64,000 nucleotides of DNA from an uncultured Ignavibacteria bacterium (lineage in GTDB: Bacteria; Bacteroidota; Ignavibacteria; Tepidaquicellales; Tepidaquicellaceae): positions 71,781-135,780 of the forward strand of contig CALMST010000252.1 in the NCBI GenBank assembly GCA_937872315.1. The letters are read 5' to 3'. Below the pieces are notes generated by a model. That model worked only from the letters and a program-made list of their open reading frames with translations, made no database searches and was not told the DNA's origin. A program made the position numbers and the translations under genes. This document shows, piece after piece, positions 26,128 to 36,195 of the stretch (the stretch's first letter is position 1; the number at the start of each line of letters is the position of its first letter).

Positions 26128-28449
26128 ATGAAAAGAAATTATCTAAATATATTCGTACTGTTTATATTGTTTTCTCAGTTTGCTCATTCTCAGACTGCTG
26201 ATATAAGCGGTACTATTTACTCAAATGATGAAAATATTATTAAATATGCAAATCTGATAATTCAGGAATTGGCAATTAAAACTACAAGTGATATTAATGG
26301 CAATTATTTATTCAGTTCCATTCCTTATGGAGAGTATCACATTTACTTAACTCATGATGGATATTCAGATAAGACAGTGAAGATTTTAATTGATACTAAT
26401 AATAAAAAATTCGATATAGTTTTGGTAAAAAGTTTATTCGAAACTCCGACCATTGATGTCACAGGATCCTTTAGTCCGGTAGATATCTCCAACTCTACTT
26501 ATTCCGTTTCATCTATTTCAGCAAGAACTTTAAGCAAGATCAGAGGTCAAAACATAGCAAATACTATTCAAAACATTCCTGGTGTGAATAATTTTTCAAC
26601 CGGGAATTCCATAGGAAAACCTGTTATCAGAGGTTTAACTTCTCAAAGCGTTCTCGTAGTTCAGGATGGTGTAAAACACGAATCCCAGCAATGGGGAGAT
26701 GAACATGCTCCTGAGATCAGCCTCTTTGACCTTGAGAGGATTGAGATTCTCAGAGGTCCTGCAAGTCTGATGTATGGAGCTGATGGAATTGGAGGTGTTA
26801 TAAATATTATTTCAAAACCCATTCAGTTTTCATCAATGAAAAAAAACATCACTTACGGCAACTTTGACCTTAACGGTTTTTCCATGAACAATGAAGGAAT
26901 ATTGAATTTAATGCTGGGCTTTGGAAGCGCCAATTTTGGTGTCAAAGGTTTTGCAGGATTCAGACAGGGTGGAAATATAAAAACCCCCGAAGGAGAATTA
27001 ACTGTAAATACTCCTGAAGGCGAAAATACTATTCAGGGAGGTGTTCTGTCAAACAGTAACAGCAGGGAGTTTGAAGGTGGTTTCAAAATGGGCTTTAAAA
27101 GTGATTTCGGAATTATCAGCGCCGAATATCAGAATTTTTCCAGGGAATTACAGTTGCATGATGATCCTGCTGAAGATCCATATGCCACACCTAATCAGAA
27201 GCTGTTAACTAATCATTTTGAAGTAAAAGGTAATTTATACCTTAATGAAAATTTTCAATTAGAACCTGTATTTTCTTATGAAACTCAAAGCAGAAAAGAA
27301 TTTGAATCCGCTGAAGATAAAACAGTTGACAATGCTTCATTAAATCTGTTTTTAAAATCACTTAATGCCGATCTGAAGTTAAATCATAATTTAACAGAAA
27401 AAATAAACGGAGCTGTCGGATTATCTTTCGGAACTCTGAATAATCAAAGCCTGGGTGAAGAAAAACTTATTCCTAATTACAATGCATATGATTTTGGAAT
27501 TTATCTTATGGAGAAAATGGAGATTAAACATTTCACTTTTTCTGCCGGGGGAAGATTTGATTCTAAATATGAAAACATTAAACAAACCGTATTTGAAACT
27601 GATTCTTCAGGTAATCCCTTAAAAGTGATTACACCTAACGATCTTAATTTCAGTTCTTTTTCAGGATCTGCAGGGTTGGTTTATAAACCGTTTAACGAAC
27701 TTGATATTTTTTCTAATATCGGAAGCGGCTGGCGTCCTCCGTCTGAATTCGATCTGTATGCGGATGGTGTACATGAAGGAACCGGAAGATATGATATAGG
27801 TCTTATAGTTCAGGACTCTCTGCTGAATCCGGATCCCGAAAGATCTCTCAATATTGATCTTGGTTCAAGAATCAGAACAGAATACATAAATGCTGAAATC
27901 TCATTTTACAGAAATATAGTTAATAACTTTATATATCCGGCTCCAACAGGTCTTACGGATCCGGAAAGTAATCTCCCGGTTTATGATATAACTCAGGCTT
28001 CCAGCACTTTTTGGGGATATGAATACAATATTCAGGTTCAGCCGCTTAGCTGGATGATTTTCACATTTACCGGAGATTATGTGAGAACAAAAAATATTCA
28101 GACATCACAGCCTTTGCCATATACACCTCCCGGGAAAAATATCATAGCGCTGAAATTTCAGAATAATGGATTCGGTTCCTTTTATAATCCGTACTTCAAT
28201 ATTTCTGCAAAGATCGTTTCATCACAGAATAATGTCGATCCTCTTGAAGGAACCACCGAAGGTTATACATTAATAGATCTTGGACTTGGTTTTGATTACA
28301 TTTTATCCGGTGCGATTGCTTCCGTAGATTTTTCTGTATCAAATCTTGCTGATACAAAATATACTGACCATTTAAGCAGATACAGATATTATGCAATGGG
28401 ACCGGCCAGAAGTTTTAATTTAAAATTCACCGTACCGTTTCAATTCTGA
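26128..28449 (+). CDS. TonB-dependent outer-membrane receptor with CarboxypepD_reg-like N-terminal domain
   Basis: Signal peptide, ISGTIY...INGNYLFSSIPYGEYHIYLTHDGY, plug-like IQNIPGVN...GKPVIRGL...VVQDGV, and a long beta-barrel region ending in a terminal aromatic residue (...FTVPFQF). Confidence 0.88.
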   Translation: MKRNYLNIFVLFILFSQFAHSQTADISGTIYSNDENIIKYANLIIQELAIKTTSDINGNYLFSSIPYGEYHIYLTHDGYSDKTVKILIDTNNKKFDIVLVKSLFETPTIDVTGSFSPVDISNSTYSVSSISARTLSKIRGQNIANTIQNIPGVNNFSTGNSIGKPVIRGLTSQSVLVVQDGVKHESQQWGDEHAPEISLFDLERIEILRGPASLMYGADGIGGVINIISKPIQFSSMKKNITYGNFDLNGFSMNNEGILNLMLGFGSANFGVKGFAGFRQGGNIKTPEGELTVNTPEGENTIQGGVLSNSNSREFEGGFKMGFKSDFGIISAEYQNFSRELQLHDDPAEDPYATPNQKLLTNHFEVKGNLYLNENFQLEPVFSYETQSRKEFESAEDKTVDNASLNLFLKSLNADLKLNHNLTEKINGAVGLSFGTLNNQSLGEEKLIPNYNAYDFGIYLMEKMEIKHFTFSAGGRFDSKYENIKQTVFETDSSGNPLKVITPNDLNFSSFSGSAGLVYKPFNELDIFSNIGSGWRPPSEFDLYADGVHEGTGRYDIGLIVQDSLLNPDPERSLNIDLGSRIRTEYINAEISFYRNIVNNFIYPAPTGLTDPESNLPVYDITQASSTFWGYEYNIQVQPLSWMIFTFTGDYVRTKNIQTSQPLPYTPPGKNIIALKFQNNGFGSFYNPYFNISAKIVSSQNNVDPLEGTTEGYTLIDLGLGFDYILSGAIASVDFSVSNLADTKYTDHLSRYRYYAMGPARSFNLKFTVPFQF

Positions 28450-28517
28450 TTTAATTATTTTTTGTATAGAATTTTGCTTTTTTATGCTATAAACTAAAAT
28501 AATTATATTTATAAATT

Positions 28518-29105
28518 ATGAGAGATAAATCATTTTCAAAAAAATATATTAATCTGACAGAATTAATTCAGCAGGAGTATAACAGAAACTCAGATCTGCA
28601 TGGCGATAAGATCAAATGCAAGGAAGGATGTTCACAATGCTGTTTTCAGATTTTCCGGATCACACTGCTTGATGCAGAAGTTATTTACTCACATATTAAT
28701 AACTTGGAAATAAAACAGCAGGACTTATTAAGATCAAAAGCTGAAAAGTATATCAGTTTAAAAGAACATTATAGTAATGAATCTGATGAATATTTTAAAA
28801 AGCCTGAAATTCCCTGCCCAGCGCTGGATAAGAATGGCAGCTGCATGATCTATGATGCAAGACCGGTTATTTGCAGAAGATTCGGTCCTCCGGTATATGA
28901 TTACAAAAATCCTGAAAAATTATTCGCCTGTGAATTAAATTTCAAGCAAGGAGATGAGATAATAGATGAACAATTGATCCCGAATCAGACAGAGATCGGA
29001 ATGGAATGGGATGAACTTAAAACTTTATATAATACAAAATACAGCCATAAAAAAAATGCCTCTACTACAATAGCAGAGGCAATATTTAAAGCTGTAAATA
29101 TTTAA
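28518..29105 (+). CDS. YkgJ-family Cys-cluster (Fe-S/Zn) protein
   Basis: CKEGCSQCC motif plus CPALDKNGSCMIYDARPVICRRFG. Confidence 0.6.
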   Translation: MRDKSFSKKYINLTELIQQEYNRNSDLHGDKIKCKEGCSQCCFQIFRITLLDAEVIYSHINNLEIKQQDLLRSKAEKYISLKEHYSNESDEYFKKPEIPCPALDKNGSCMIYDARPVICRRFGPPVYDYKNPEKLFACELNFKQGDEIIDEQLIPNQTEIGMEWDELKTLYNTKYSHKKNASTTIAEAIFKAVNI

Positions 29106-29108
29106 AAT

Positions 29109-30476
29109 TTATTTTTTCCTGTATGAGATCTTCTTTATCGCTGTGAACTGTCTCATTCCATCTACAGAACCTATATAACCAAATCCACTCTGCTTTACAC
29201 CTACCCAGGGTGTTCCTGATACTCCGCCTATGCCCTGATTCACACCTATCATTCCGGACTCGATCTGTTCAGCTACTTTTTTCCCTTTTGAAAAATTCTT
29301 GGACCATACAGTTGCTCCAAGTCCGAATACAGATTTATTTGCTTTTTCTATGGCTTCATCTGCATTCTTGACTTTCTGGATACAGATTACCGGTCCGAAT
29401 GTTTCAGTAACCATAATATCGTGTTTATCAGATAAATTTGTTATTACTGTTGGCTCAATGAAAAATCCGTCTCTGTCAATTTTCTCCCCTCCTAAAAGAA
29501 TTTTTGCGCCTTTTCTTTTTGCTTCTTCAATCTGTTCAATTACATGATTTCTTTGAGCTTCGCTAACCATTGGTCCCATATCCACATCATCAAATCCGTC
29601 TCCGACTCTGTATTTTTTTACCTCTTCCAGTACAAGTTTTTCGAAAGCCGGTGCAAGCTTATCTTCAATATATATCCGCTCAACTGACACACATACCTGT
29701 CCGGAATTTCTTAGTGATCCGTGTACTGCATATGGAACGACTTTCTTAAGATCTGCATCTTTAAGAATTATCATTGGATCCTTTCCGCCAAGTTCTAAAA
29801 CCAGTCTGTTCAGATTTTTTGAACAAGCTTCCATGATCTTTTTTCCGACCCCCTGTGAACCGACAAATGCCACCATATCTATATCCGAATTGATAACCTG
29901 CTCCCCTACTTCTTCTGCTCCCTGCAATAAATTGATCACACCTTTCGGCAGATATCTGTTATATATTTCATAAAGCGCTTTACCGGTAAGAGGTGTGTTT
30001 TCTGATGGCTTAAATACAACTGTATTTCCCATCAGTATAGCTGGTGATAACAATGACTCCGGCATTCCAACCGGAAAATTCCATGGTGTAATTACCGCTA
30101 CCGCACCTAAAGGAACTCTGTGAAGTTCGGTTATCAGATTACCATCTTTAAAGATTTCCGTCTCAGCCGCTTTTTCAGCCAGCTTAATATTCTCCTCAAT
30201 TGCATACGCTGTACCTTCACATTCGCCTACCGCAGATCTGTTAACCTTTCCCATCTCTTTCGTTATGAGATCACCTATCTCTTTTCTTTCCTTATAAAGA
30301 TCCCGCGCTATATTTTTAAATAATGCGATTCTTTTTTTCAAAGGTGTTTTACTCCATACCTTAAATGCCTTTCTAGCAAGTTTTATCCCTGAAGCAACCT
30401 CTCCCGGACTAGAACATTTGATCTTCTCGATCAATTCTCCGCTTGATGGATTAATATCTAAAATAAATTTTCTCAT
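29109..30476 (-). CDS. NAD(P)-dependent aldehyde dehydrogenase
   Basis: ITPWNFP, FKPSENTP, ELGGKDP and GQVCVSVER (catalytic Glu and Cys contexts). Confidence 0.88.
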   Translation of the reverse strand: MRKFILDINPSSGELIEKIKCSSPGEVASGIKLARKAFKVWSKTPLKKRIALFKNIARDLYKERKEIGDLITKEMGKVNRSAVGECEGTAYAIEENIKLAEKAAETEIFKDGNLITELHRVPLGAVAVITPWNFPVGMPESLLSPAILMGNTVVFKPSENTPLTGKALYEIYNRYLPKGVINLLQGAEEVGEQVINSDIDMVAFVGSQGVGKKIMEACSKNLNRLVLELGGKDPMIILKDADLKKVVPYAVHGSLRNSGQVCVSVERIYIEDKLAPAFEKLVLEEVKKYRVGDGFDDVDMGPMVSEAQRNHVIEQIEEAKRKGAKILLGGEKIDRDGFFIEPTVITNLSDKHDIMVTETFGPVICIQKVKNADEAIEKANKSVFGLGATVWSKNFSKGKKVAEQIESGMIGVNQGIGGVSGTPWVGVKQSGFGYIGSVDGMRQFTAIKKISYRKK

Positions 30477-30493
30477 TAAAATAAAAATTAAAT

Positions 30494-31537
30494 TTATAAA
30501 AATTTCTTAAAGAAAGACAATATCCCCTGTTTCCAGGCAATTCTGTGTGTAACTCCGGTTCCCTGCTGTATAGTATGTTTGTTATCCAGATACCACTGAT
30601 ATGATCTGATCAATGCCTGTGAGTTTGAATATTTCGGATCCCAGCCAAGCTGATTCTGAGCTTTTTCAATTGATACGAATGAATCAGTATCGGCTGTCCC
30701 GTAGATCCATTTGTACAAAGGAGAAATATTCAAAATTTCAAAAAAACGTAACATAGGTTTTATTATACTCGCCGGTGTAGCCATCACTCTTGCACCTGTT
30801 CTGGCATACTCACACATAGCACCTACATCTTCATTTACTGTTTTAAAATCTTTTGCGCCTACATTAAAAGTATCATTGATCTTTTCAAGAGGTAAAGTCG
30901 AAGCAAGTAAAATTGCATCAACGAGATCTTCCACTTCAAACAACTGATACCTGTTCTTTCCGTTTCCAATGATCGGTATCTTTACACCGGACTCTACCCA
31001 GTCATATAAGATCTGAAAAACTCCAAGCCTTGCTGTTCCGATAAAACTCTTAGGTCTTAATATACTAACCGGTAATCCTTTTTCTCTGTATTCTTCACAT
31101 ACCTCTTCAGCTTTTACTTTGCTCTCTCCGTATGGACCTACTCCATGTCTTGGATGTGTCTCATAAAGCGGATGAACGTCAGGAACTCCATAAACTGCTG
31201 TTGATGAAATATGAATAACCCTGTTAACTTTATTTCTAAGCGAACTGTCGAGTACATTTCGGGTACCGTCTATGTTAGTTTCATATATATCCTGCTTCTT
31301 CCATAAAGGTAATGCTGCAGCACAATGGATTACTACATCAGCATCTTTTGTGATCTCATCCATCTGCTTCTTATCCCTGACATCTCCGTAAATACATTTT
31401 ATTCCCTTGTCATATTCTCCTGTTTCAAACTCAGCTATATCAAAAAATACACATTCATTAAAATCAGTTATTCTGTTTATTTTTTGTGCAATGTGGTACC
31501 CTAAAAAACCGGCTCCTCCTGTTACTATTATTTTCAT
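30494..31537 (-). CDS. NAD-dependent epimerase/dehydratase (extended SDR)
   Basis: VTGGAGFLG Rossmann motif and YGESK (YxxxK). Confidence 0.8.
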   Translation of the reverse strand: MKIIVTGGAGFLGYHIAQKINRITDFNECVFFDIAEFETGEYDKGIKCIYGDVRDKKQMDEITKDADVVIHCAAALPLWKKQDIYETNIDGTRNVLDSSLRNKVNRVIHISSTAVYGVPDVHPLYETHPRHGVGPYGESKVKAEEVCEEYREKGLPVSILRPKSFIGTARLGVFQILYDWVESGVKIPIIGNGKNRYQLFEVEDLVDAILLASTLPLEKINDTFNVGAKDFKTVNEDVGAMCEYARTGARVMATPASIIKPMLRFFEILNISPLYKWIYGTADTDSFVSIEKAQNQLGWDPKYSNSQALIRSYQWYLDNKHTIQQGTGVTHRIAWKQGILSFFKKFL

Positions 31538-31574
31538 TTAATTTTTGGTATAAATTTATTTTTAATTTATTTTT

Positions 31575-32303
31575 TCAATATGAGCCGTACATTTTAATCC
31601 GGCTCGATCTTAATGTGGAAAATCTATCTGATATAATTTCGTATATGACATCTGATATTTCTTCAGGCCTGACCCAATCCTTAATATCATCTGCACTTCC
31701 CCATTCTCTGTTTGCCGGTGTATCAATTATTCCCGGGATCAGTGTATTGCATCTTATATTTTTATCCTTTAACTCCTCGCTTAAAGTTTCCATAAGACTT
31801 ATAACTCCGGCTTTGGAAAACGAATAAGCAAACCTGCCGGGGGAAATTTCTGTTCCGGCAATTGCTCCAATCGAAACTATTCTACCGTAATTGTTTACAC
31901 TCATCACTTTTGCTGTATCACGCGTGAAATAAAATGTTGAGTTAAAATTCAGGCTGATCATTTTATTCAGAGTATCGGATGACAATTCTGTTACATTTTC
32001 TGAGGATGAAATTCCGCCAACTGTATTTACAAGATAATCTATTTTACCTTGTTCCAGAGCCGCGACATTTTCCACAAATTCCTGAACTGATGTTTCATTT
32101 GTAGCATCACATGTCTTGCAGTAGATCTTTCTTAATTTAAAATATTCGGATTCCTTTTTATGAGAATTGTCAAACACACTGTTAAATTCATCGGTACTTC
32201 TTGCCGGTACATAAACCTTTATTCCTTCGTCTGCAAATTTATTTACTATAAACCTTCCCAGAGCTCCTGTACCGCCTGTTACTATAGCAACTTTATTATT
32301 CAT
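31575..32303 (-). CDS. Short-chain dehydrogenase/reductase (classical SDR)
   Basis: VTGGTGALG and YSFSK (YxxxK), 242 aa. Confidence 0.8.
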   Translation of the reverse strand: MNNKVAIVTGGTGALGRFIVNKFADEGIKVYVPARSTDEFNSVFDNSHKKESEYFKLRKIYCKTCDATNETSVQEFVENVAALEQGKIDYLVNTVGGISSSENVTELSSDTLNKMISLNFNSTFYFTRDTAKVMSVNNYGRIVSIGAIAGTEISPGRFAYSFSKAGVISLMETLSEELKDKNIRCNTLIPGIIDTPANREWGSADDIKDWVRPEEISDVIYEIISDRFSTLRSSRIKMYGSY

Positions 32304-32310
32304 TTTACAA

Positions 32311-33480
32311 TTAGGCTATACTGATTTTACCGAGATATGCATTTCTTTCAGAACCGGTTACTGATGGCATATTGGTTTTAATTCCGTTCATAAGTTCATT
32401 CGCAAGCACAGCAAACAATACCGCTTCCTTGTTATCACAGTTTATACCGTTATCATCGATCTTTCTGACAATCGTATCTTTAAAATATTCATTTATAAAT
32501 TTCATAAGTAAAGAATTTTTAGCTCCGCCTCCGCTGATTATCAGTTCTTCTGCTTTATATTTTTTTAAATTAATATAAACAGCATAAGCAGTAAATTTTG
32601 TAAATGTAGCTAAAATATCTTTCGGATCCGTCCTTTTAAATTTATTCAGAATATTATTTATGAATTCAGCAGAATAATATTCCCGTCCGGTTGATTTGGG
32701 TGGAGATTTTTTAAAGAATTTATCACTTTTGCAAATAGCTTCAAAAAGTTTCTCATCCACTTTCCCTTTTGATGCTATTGATCCATTCCTGTCAAATTTC
32801 TTTTTGAAATATTTGTTTGCAAGATAATCAATTAAAATATTCCCCGGACCGCAATCAAACGCAATTACATCATTCTGCCTGCAGGATTTTTTAAGTAATG
32901 TAAGATTTGAAATTCCACCAATGTTAATGAGTACTTTGTCTTTTTTACTGTCACTAAACAAAATATGATCAAGATAAGGCACAAGAGGTGCTCCGTCTCC
33001 ATTGACAGCAACATCGCCGGTTCGGAAATCTCCAACCGTTGTTATGCCTGTTTTATTTGATATGACAGAAATGTCACCAATCTGTAGTGTTGATTTTGAA
33101 CTTAAAGAGAAAAGTTTATTATTAAATGGGTAATGGAATATTGTCTGCCCGTGAGATCCGATCAAGTCTATATCTTTTGTTTGAAGTTTATTTTTTTTTA
33201 TGATCTTCAAAACTGAGTCAGCAAATAAATTCCCTATCATAAAATTTAATCTGCAAATATCCTCAGCATTTACTGAATTTTCTGAAGAGCACTTTAATAT
33301 GAATTTTTTCAATTCCGCTCTTACAGGATAAGTTTTGAAATCTATAACTTTTATTTTTGAATCGGAACTCTTTCCGCTTATCTTTAAAAGTACAACATCC
33401 ACTCCATCTACTGAAGTACCGGATAATACACCAATTACAACTCTGCCGGTCTTATTTACCAGATTAACAAATTTTTTCAT
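32311..33480 (-). CDS. anmK: Anhydro-N-acetylmuramic acid kinase
   Basis: GVLSGTSVDGVDV N-terminal motif, DCGPGN, ISGGGAKN, ~390 aa. Confidence 0.8.
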   Translation of the reverse strand: MKKFVNLVNKTGRVVIGVLSGTSVDGVDVVLLKISGKSSDSKIKVIDFKTYPVRAELKKFILKCSSENSVNAEDICRLNFMIGNLFADSVLKIIKKNKLQTKDIDLIGSHGQTIFHYPFNNKLFSLSSKSTLQIGDISVISNKTGITTVGDFRTGDVAVNGDGAPLVPYLDHILFSDSKKDKVLINIGGISNLTLLKKSCRQNDVIAFDCGPGNILIDYLANKYFKKKFDRNGSIASKGKVDEKLFEAICKSDKFFKKSPPKSTGREYYSAEFINNILNKFKRTDPKDILATFTKFTAYAVYINLKKYKAEELIISGGGAKNSLLMKFINEYFKDTIVRKIDDNGINCDNKEAVLFAVLANELMNGIKTNMPSVTGSERNAYLGKISIA

Positions 33481-33645
33481 GAATGTAACAAATATACTTT
33501 AATTACGAATTATAATCTATGAAAAACAGTGGTATTCATTTAAAATTTTGATTTTTCCGAAATATAAAAAATATTTTTTTTAAAAATTACCATTTATTTT
33601 AAAGTTAATTTTTAGGATTTTGCTTCAAAACTTAAAAAACATATA

Positions 33646-33990
33646 ATGGAAGAATTTTCGATCAATAAAAAACAACAGGATAATATTACTATTCTGAGTT
33701 TAAACGGATTCCTGGATGCCCATACTTCTGTTGAGCTTGAAAAAAGTTTTGAAGAAGTACTATCTGAAAAGAATTATAAAATTGTCGTAAATTTTGATAA
33801 GCTTACATATATAAGCAGCGCCGGTCTGGGAGTCTTTATGGCTTTTATTGAAAATGCCAGAGAAAATTCCGGAGACATTAAACTCTGCGGAATGAGCGAA
33901 AAGATTTATAACATATTCGATATGCTGGGTTTTCCCATATTATTTGAAATTTATAAAGAAGAAAAATCAGCAATTGAAAAATTCAGCTAA
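33646..33990 (+). CDS. STAS-domain anti-sigma-factor antagonist (RsbV/SpoIIAA-like)
   Basis: 114 aa with LTYISSAGLGV, the phosphorylatable Ser context. Confidence 0.85.
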   Translation: MEEFSINKKQQDNITILSLNGFLDAHTSVELEKSFEEVLSEKNYKIVVNFDKLTYISSAGLGVFMAFIENARENSGDIKLCGMSEKIYNIFDMLGFPILFEIYKEEKSAIEKFS

Positions 33991-33998
33991 ATCCGGAT

Positions 33999-34421
33999 AT
34001 GAGCAACCCCAATAAAATATTGTTTGCAAGCTCCACAAAAAATCTGGCATTTGTCAGGGATTTTATTGAATCCAAGGCTTCGGGCTTCGGATTTGATGAA
34101 AGATCCATAAACCAGATAATTTTATCTGTGGATGAAGCTTGTACAAATATCATAAAACATGCTCACCATTATGATGAAAAAAAACATATTGAAATGGAAA
34201 TTAAGTTTGATAAGGATCAGATAATTATAATAATGAATTATAAAGGAAAAGGGTTTGATCCAAATGATATTAAAAATCCTGATATGAAAGAATATTTCAG
34301 CAAATTTAAAGTTGGAGGCCTTGGTGTCCCTATCATGAAAAAATTCATGAATAAGATTGAATATGTTCACAATAATTCCGAAGAAAATTCATTGACTCTC
34401 TTTAAATCCCTTCAGAGTTAA
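33999..34421 (+). CDS. Anti-sigma regulatory factor Ser/Thr kinase (RsbW/SpoIIAB-like, HATPase_c)
   Basis: DEACTNIIKHA N-box and GGLGVPIMKKF G-box, 140 aa. Confidence 0.85.
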   Translation: MSNPNKILFASSTKNLAFVRDFIESKASGFGFDERSINQIILSVDEACTNIIKHAHHYDEKKHIEMEIKFDKDQIIIIMNYKGKGFDPNDIKNPDMKEYFSKFKVGGLGVPIMKKFMNKIEYVHNNSEENSLTLFKSLQS

Positions 34422-34435
34422 TAAATATATTATAA

Positions 34436-36178
34436 ATGGATAATCATAATCCCGCTCAGAAACAACTCGAATTAAACTCTCTTATAGAATTCTCCCAGTT
34501 AATAACCAGTAAACTTGATCTTAAATATATTCTAAATAATATTCTTCTGAGCATTATGGGAAAAATGCTTATTGCCAAAGGAATGATATTACTTAAAACG
34601 GAAAATGAAAATCAGAATGTTTTTGCAATAGAAGCCGCTAAAGGATTTGATTCTAAATTAATTAATACATATGCCGAAATTGATTTTCCTAAAATGTCTG
34701 TTTTTGAATATGATGACATTGAAGATAAATCGGGTTTCATAAATAACTCAGGTCTTAAATATTTTTTTAAGATCTATTTTCAGAATAAATATCTTGGACT
34801 GATTTGCTTTGGCAAAAAACTTAACAATACTGAACTTGCTAAAAATGAGATCATTTTCATCGAAACTATGCTTAATATCTCCTCCTCTGCTATTGAAAAT
34901 ACAATTAAATTCAATCAGCTGAACAATCTAAATAATAATCTTAACGTCAAAGTCAGACAGCTGAGTTCATTATCCGAACTTGGTAAGGAATTCAATTCAA
35001 ATTTCACAAACAGAGAAAATATTATTAAACTTTTAAGTTATTCGCTGCTTGGCAATTTTGGTATTAAAGACTTTATAATTATTGCACGAGATAGATCCGG
35101 TGAGTTTAATTTACTTAAAGAAAATAAAAAGATTGATATATCAGAATTTGATCTTAAAAAATTGTTTCCGGCAGGCGTAATACCTGAAGAATTCAAGTCT
35201 ACTCTTATTTTACAAAACAATTCTTCTGTACCTTTTCTTGATTTCTTATACAAACAGGGCTTTGAAATAGTAATACCGACAATAATAAAAAATGAGATCG
35301 ACTATATCATATGTATAGGCAAAAAACTTAATAAAACTTCATACTCTGAAACTGATATCGAATTCCTTGAATCCATTGTAAATCTTTCTTTGATCTCTAT
35401 TCAGAATACCGAACTTTTCAGGGAATTTCTTGAAAAACAAAAGATTGAAAATGAACTCAAGATCGCACGTGAAATTCAGCTAGCTCTTTTACCAAATATA
35501 ATTCCGGAAATTCCCGGATATGATATTGCCGGTGAGAACATTCCTGCCCTGCAGGTCGGAGGAGATTATTATGATATTATCAAACTTACAGATACTAAAA
35601 CTGCACTTGTAATAGCTGACGTTTCCGGTAAAGGTACTCCCGCTTCTTTGTTGATGGCAAATATTCAGTCTGCTGTACATTCTTATCTGAAATTGTATAC
35701 GGAAATAGATTTTGATATTGCAAAAGTCACAGAAAAGATCAATGAACTTATCTACGAGAATACTTCATCAGAAAAATTTATTACATTTTTCTGGGGTATT
35801 CTGGATTCAGCCCGGAATACTTTTGAATATATCAATGCAGGGCATAACCCTCCCTACCTTCTTCATAAAAATAAAATAATTCCTTTATCAGAAGGAGGTT
35901 TTATGATCGGGATTCTTGATTTTGGAATAAACTATGAAGTTGGAAAAATAAATCTTGAAAAAGATGATGTACTGGTGTTTTATACCGACGGTGTAACGGA
36001 GGCAATGGATAAATCCGGTGAAGAATTTGGTGATGACAGATTAACTGATATTATGAAAAATTGCAGGGAATGCTCTTCTAAAAAAATTCTGGAGGTACTT
36101 AATCATTCTCTTGTTGAATTTGCCGTTGATACTCCTCAATATGACGATATTACTGCCATAGTATTAAAAAAACTTTGA
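34436..36178 (+). CDS. GAF-domain PP2C (SpoIIE/RsbU-type) phosphatase
   Basis: C-terminal GGDYYD, ADVSGKGTPASL, NAGHNPP, YTDGVTEA and YDDITAIV. N-terminal repeated GAF-like regions. Confidence 0.85.
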   Translation: MDNHNPAQKQLELNSLIEFSQLITSKLDLKYILNNILLSIMGKMLIAKGMILLKTENENQNVFAIEAAKGFDSKLINTYAEIDFPKMSVFEYDDIEDKSGFINNSGLKYFFKIYFQNKYLGLICFGKKLNNTELAKNEIIFIETMLNISSSAIENTIKFNQLNNLNNNLNVKVRQLSSLSELGKEFNSNFTNRENIIKLLSYSLLGNFGIKDFIIIARDRSGEFNLLKENKKIDISEFDLKKLFPAGVIPEEFKSTLILQNNSSVPFLDFLYKQGFEIVIPTIIKNEIDYIICIGKKLNKTSYSETDIEFLESIVNLSLISIQNTELFREFLEKQKIENELKIAREIQLALLPNIIPEIPGYDIAGENIPALQVGGDYYDIIKLTDTKTALVIADVSGKGTPASLLMANIQSAVHSYLKLYTEIDFDIAKVTEKINELIYENTSSEKFITFFWGILDSARNTFEYINAGHNPPYLLHKNKIIPLSEGGFMIGILDFGINYEVGKINLEKDDVLVFYTDGVTEAMDKSGEEFGDDRLTDIMKNCRECSSKKILEVLNHSLVEFAVDTPQYDDITAIVLKKL

Positions 36179-36195
36179 CTTGTTATAAAGTTAAA

